From assembly GCA_012026655.1 (NCBI GenBank), contig JAAILG010000297.1, forward strand, positions 1 to 64,000: a stretch of 64,000 bases of DNA, in the 5' to 3' direction. Position numbers and translations under genes: made by a program. Shown one piece after another: positions 63,448 through 64,000 of the stretch; within the stretch, counting starts at the first letter, position 1; the number at the start of each line of letters is the position of its first letter. Source of the stretch: Hydrolagus affinis (lineage: Eukaryota). The notes beneath the pieces were generated by a model, which saw only the letters and a list, made by a program, of their open reading frames with translations, searched no databases and was not told where the DNA came from.

Positions 63448-64000
63448 TGTCCCAAAGCAATGGACAGATTTGATATCAACGTTTAACAATCCGATCCCGT
63501 GCCAATTGTTCAAAGCTCATCTGAGAATGTGTTTTAGGATCTGCACCTTGCTTTGTTATTGATAAATAATATTTTGGGGGTAAAACCTAACAATGCCACG
63601 CTTTGGATCCGATAAAGAGCCAGGTTATTTATGAAGATCCCATAAACTGCTATGAGATGAATGATCTACAGATAGTTAATCCAAGTAGGGATTGAACAGT
63701 TATTAGGATGTAATGTAATTTTTGTTGCTGTTGTTTAGATTCGATTCCTGTCAGAAGCTAAAGCATCCAGTTGGTGAAGTATAAAAATCAGCATCTTTAT
63801 CAGCTTTTTGTTACCAAGGAGAGGAGGAATTTGTCCTTTTTTCCAGCAACTATTGGCCTTAACAATTGATTTATTCTTGTCTACCCAATGTAGAGTGTTC
63901 AGTCAGTCACCTATTAGACTTTATTAATGCAGGGATCAGATAGCAAGCCATAAAGCATTGTGCAGAGGTGCTCTGAAGTCTGATTACACAGCAAAGTTGC

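Overview
This is AT-rich, CpG-depleted vertebrate genomic DNA. The repeat content (Deu-domain tRNA-SINEs, L2 and CR1 3' ends) points to a cartilaginous fish, probably a chimaera or elephant-shark type; that assignment is an inference. The window holds one complete protein-coding gene on the minus strand, FRMD6 (Willin, a FERM-domain Hippo-pathway regulator). I reconstructed it by hand as 13 coding exons (46019 to 24093). All introns are GT-AG with consistent phases, giving 1848 nt or 615 aa. A candidate promoter and non-coding first exon lie at about 60.6-61.1 kb, and a long 3' UTR probably runs to about 19.8 kb. The rest is intronic or intergenic DNA with many truncated SINE/LINE ends and one Tc1/mariner-type MITE. 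Almost all other ORFs in the track are noise. I see no convincing new biological system. The best leads are regulatory: a uORF-packed 5' UTR, a near-perfect 87-nt hairpin at 11.5 kb, oppositely oriented SINE pairs bracketing exon blocks, a competing in-frame donor, tandem poly(A) sites with three miR-200/429 8mers, and possible non-coding exons of the next gene downstream. Exon coordinates were read to the base; repeat boundaries are approximate and family names are recalled, not aligned.
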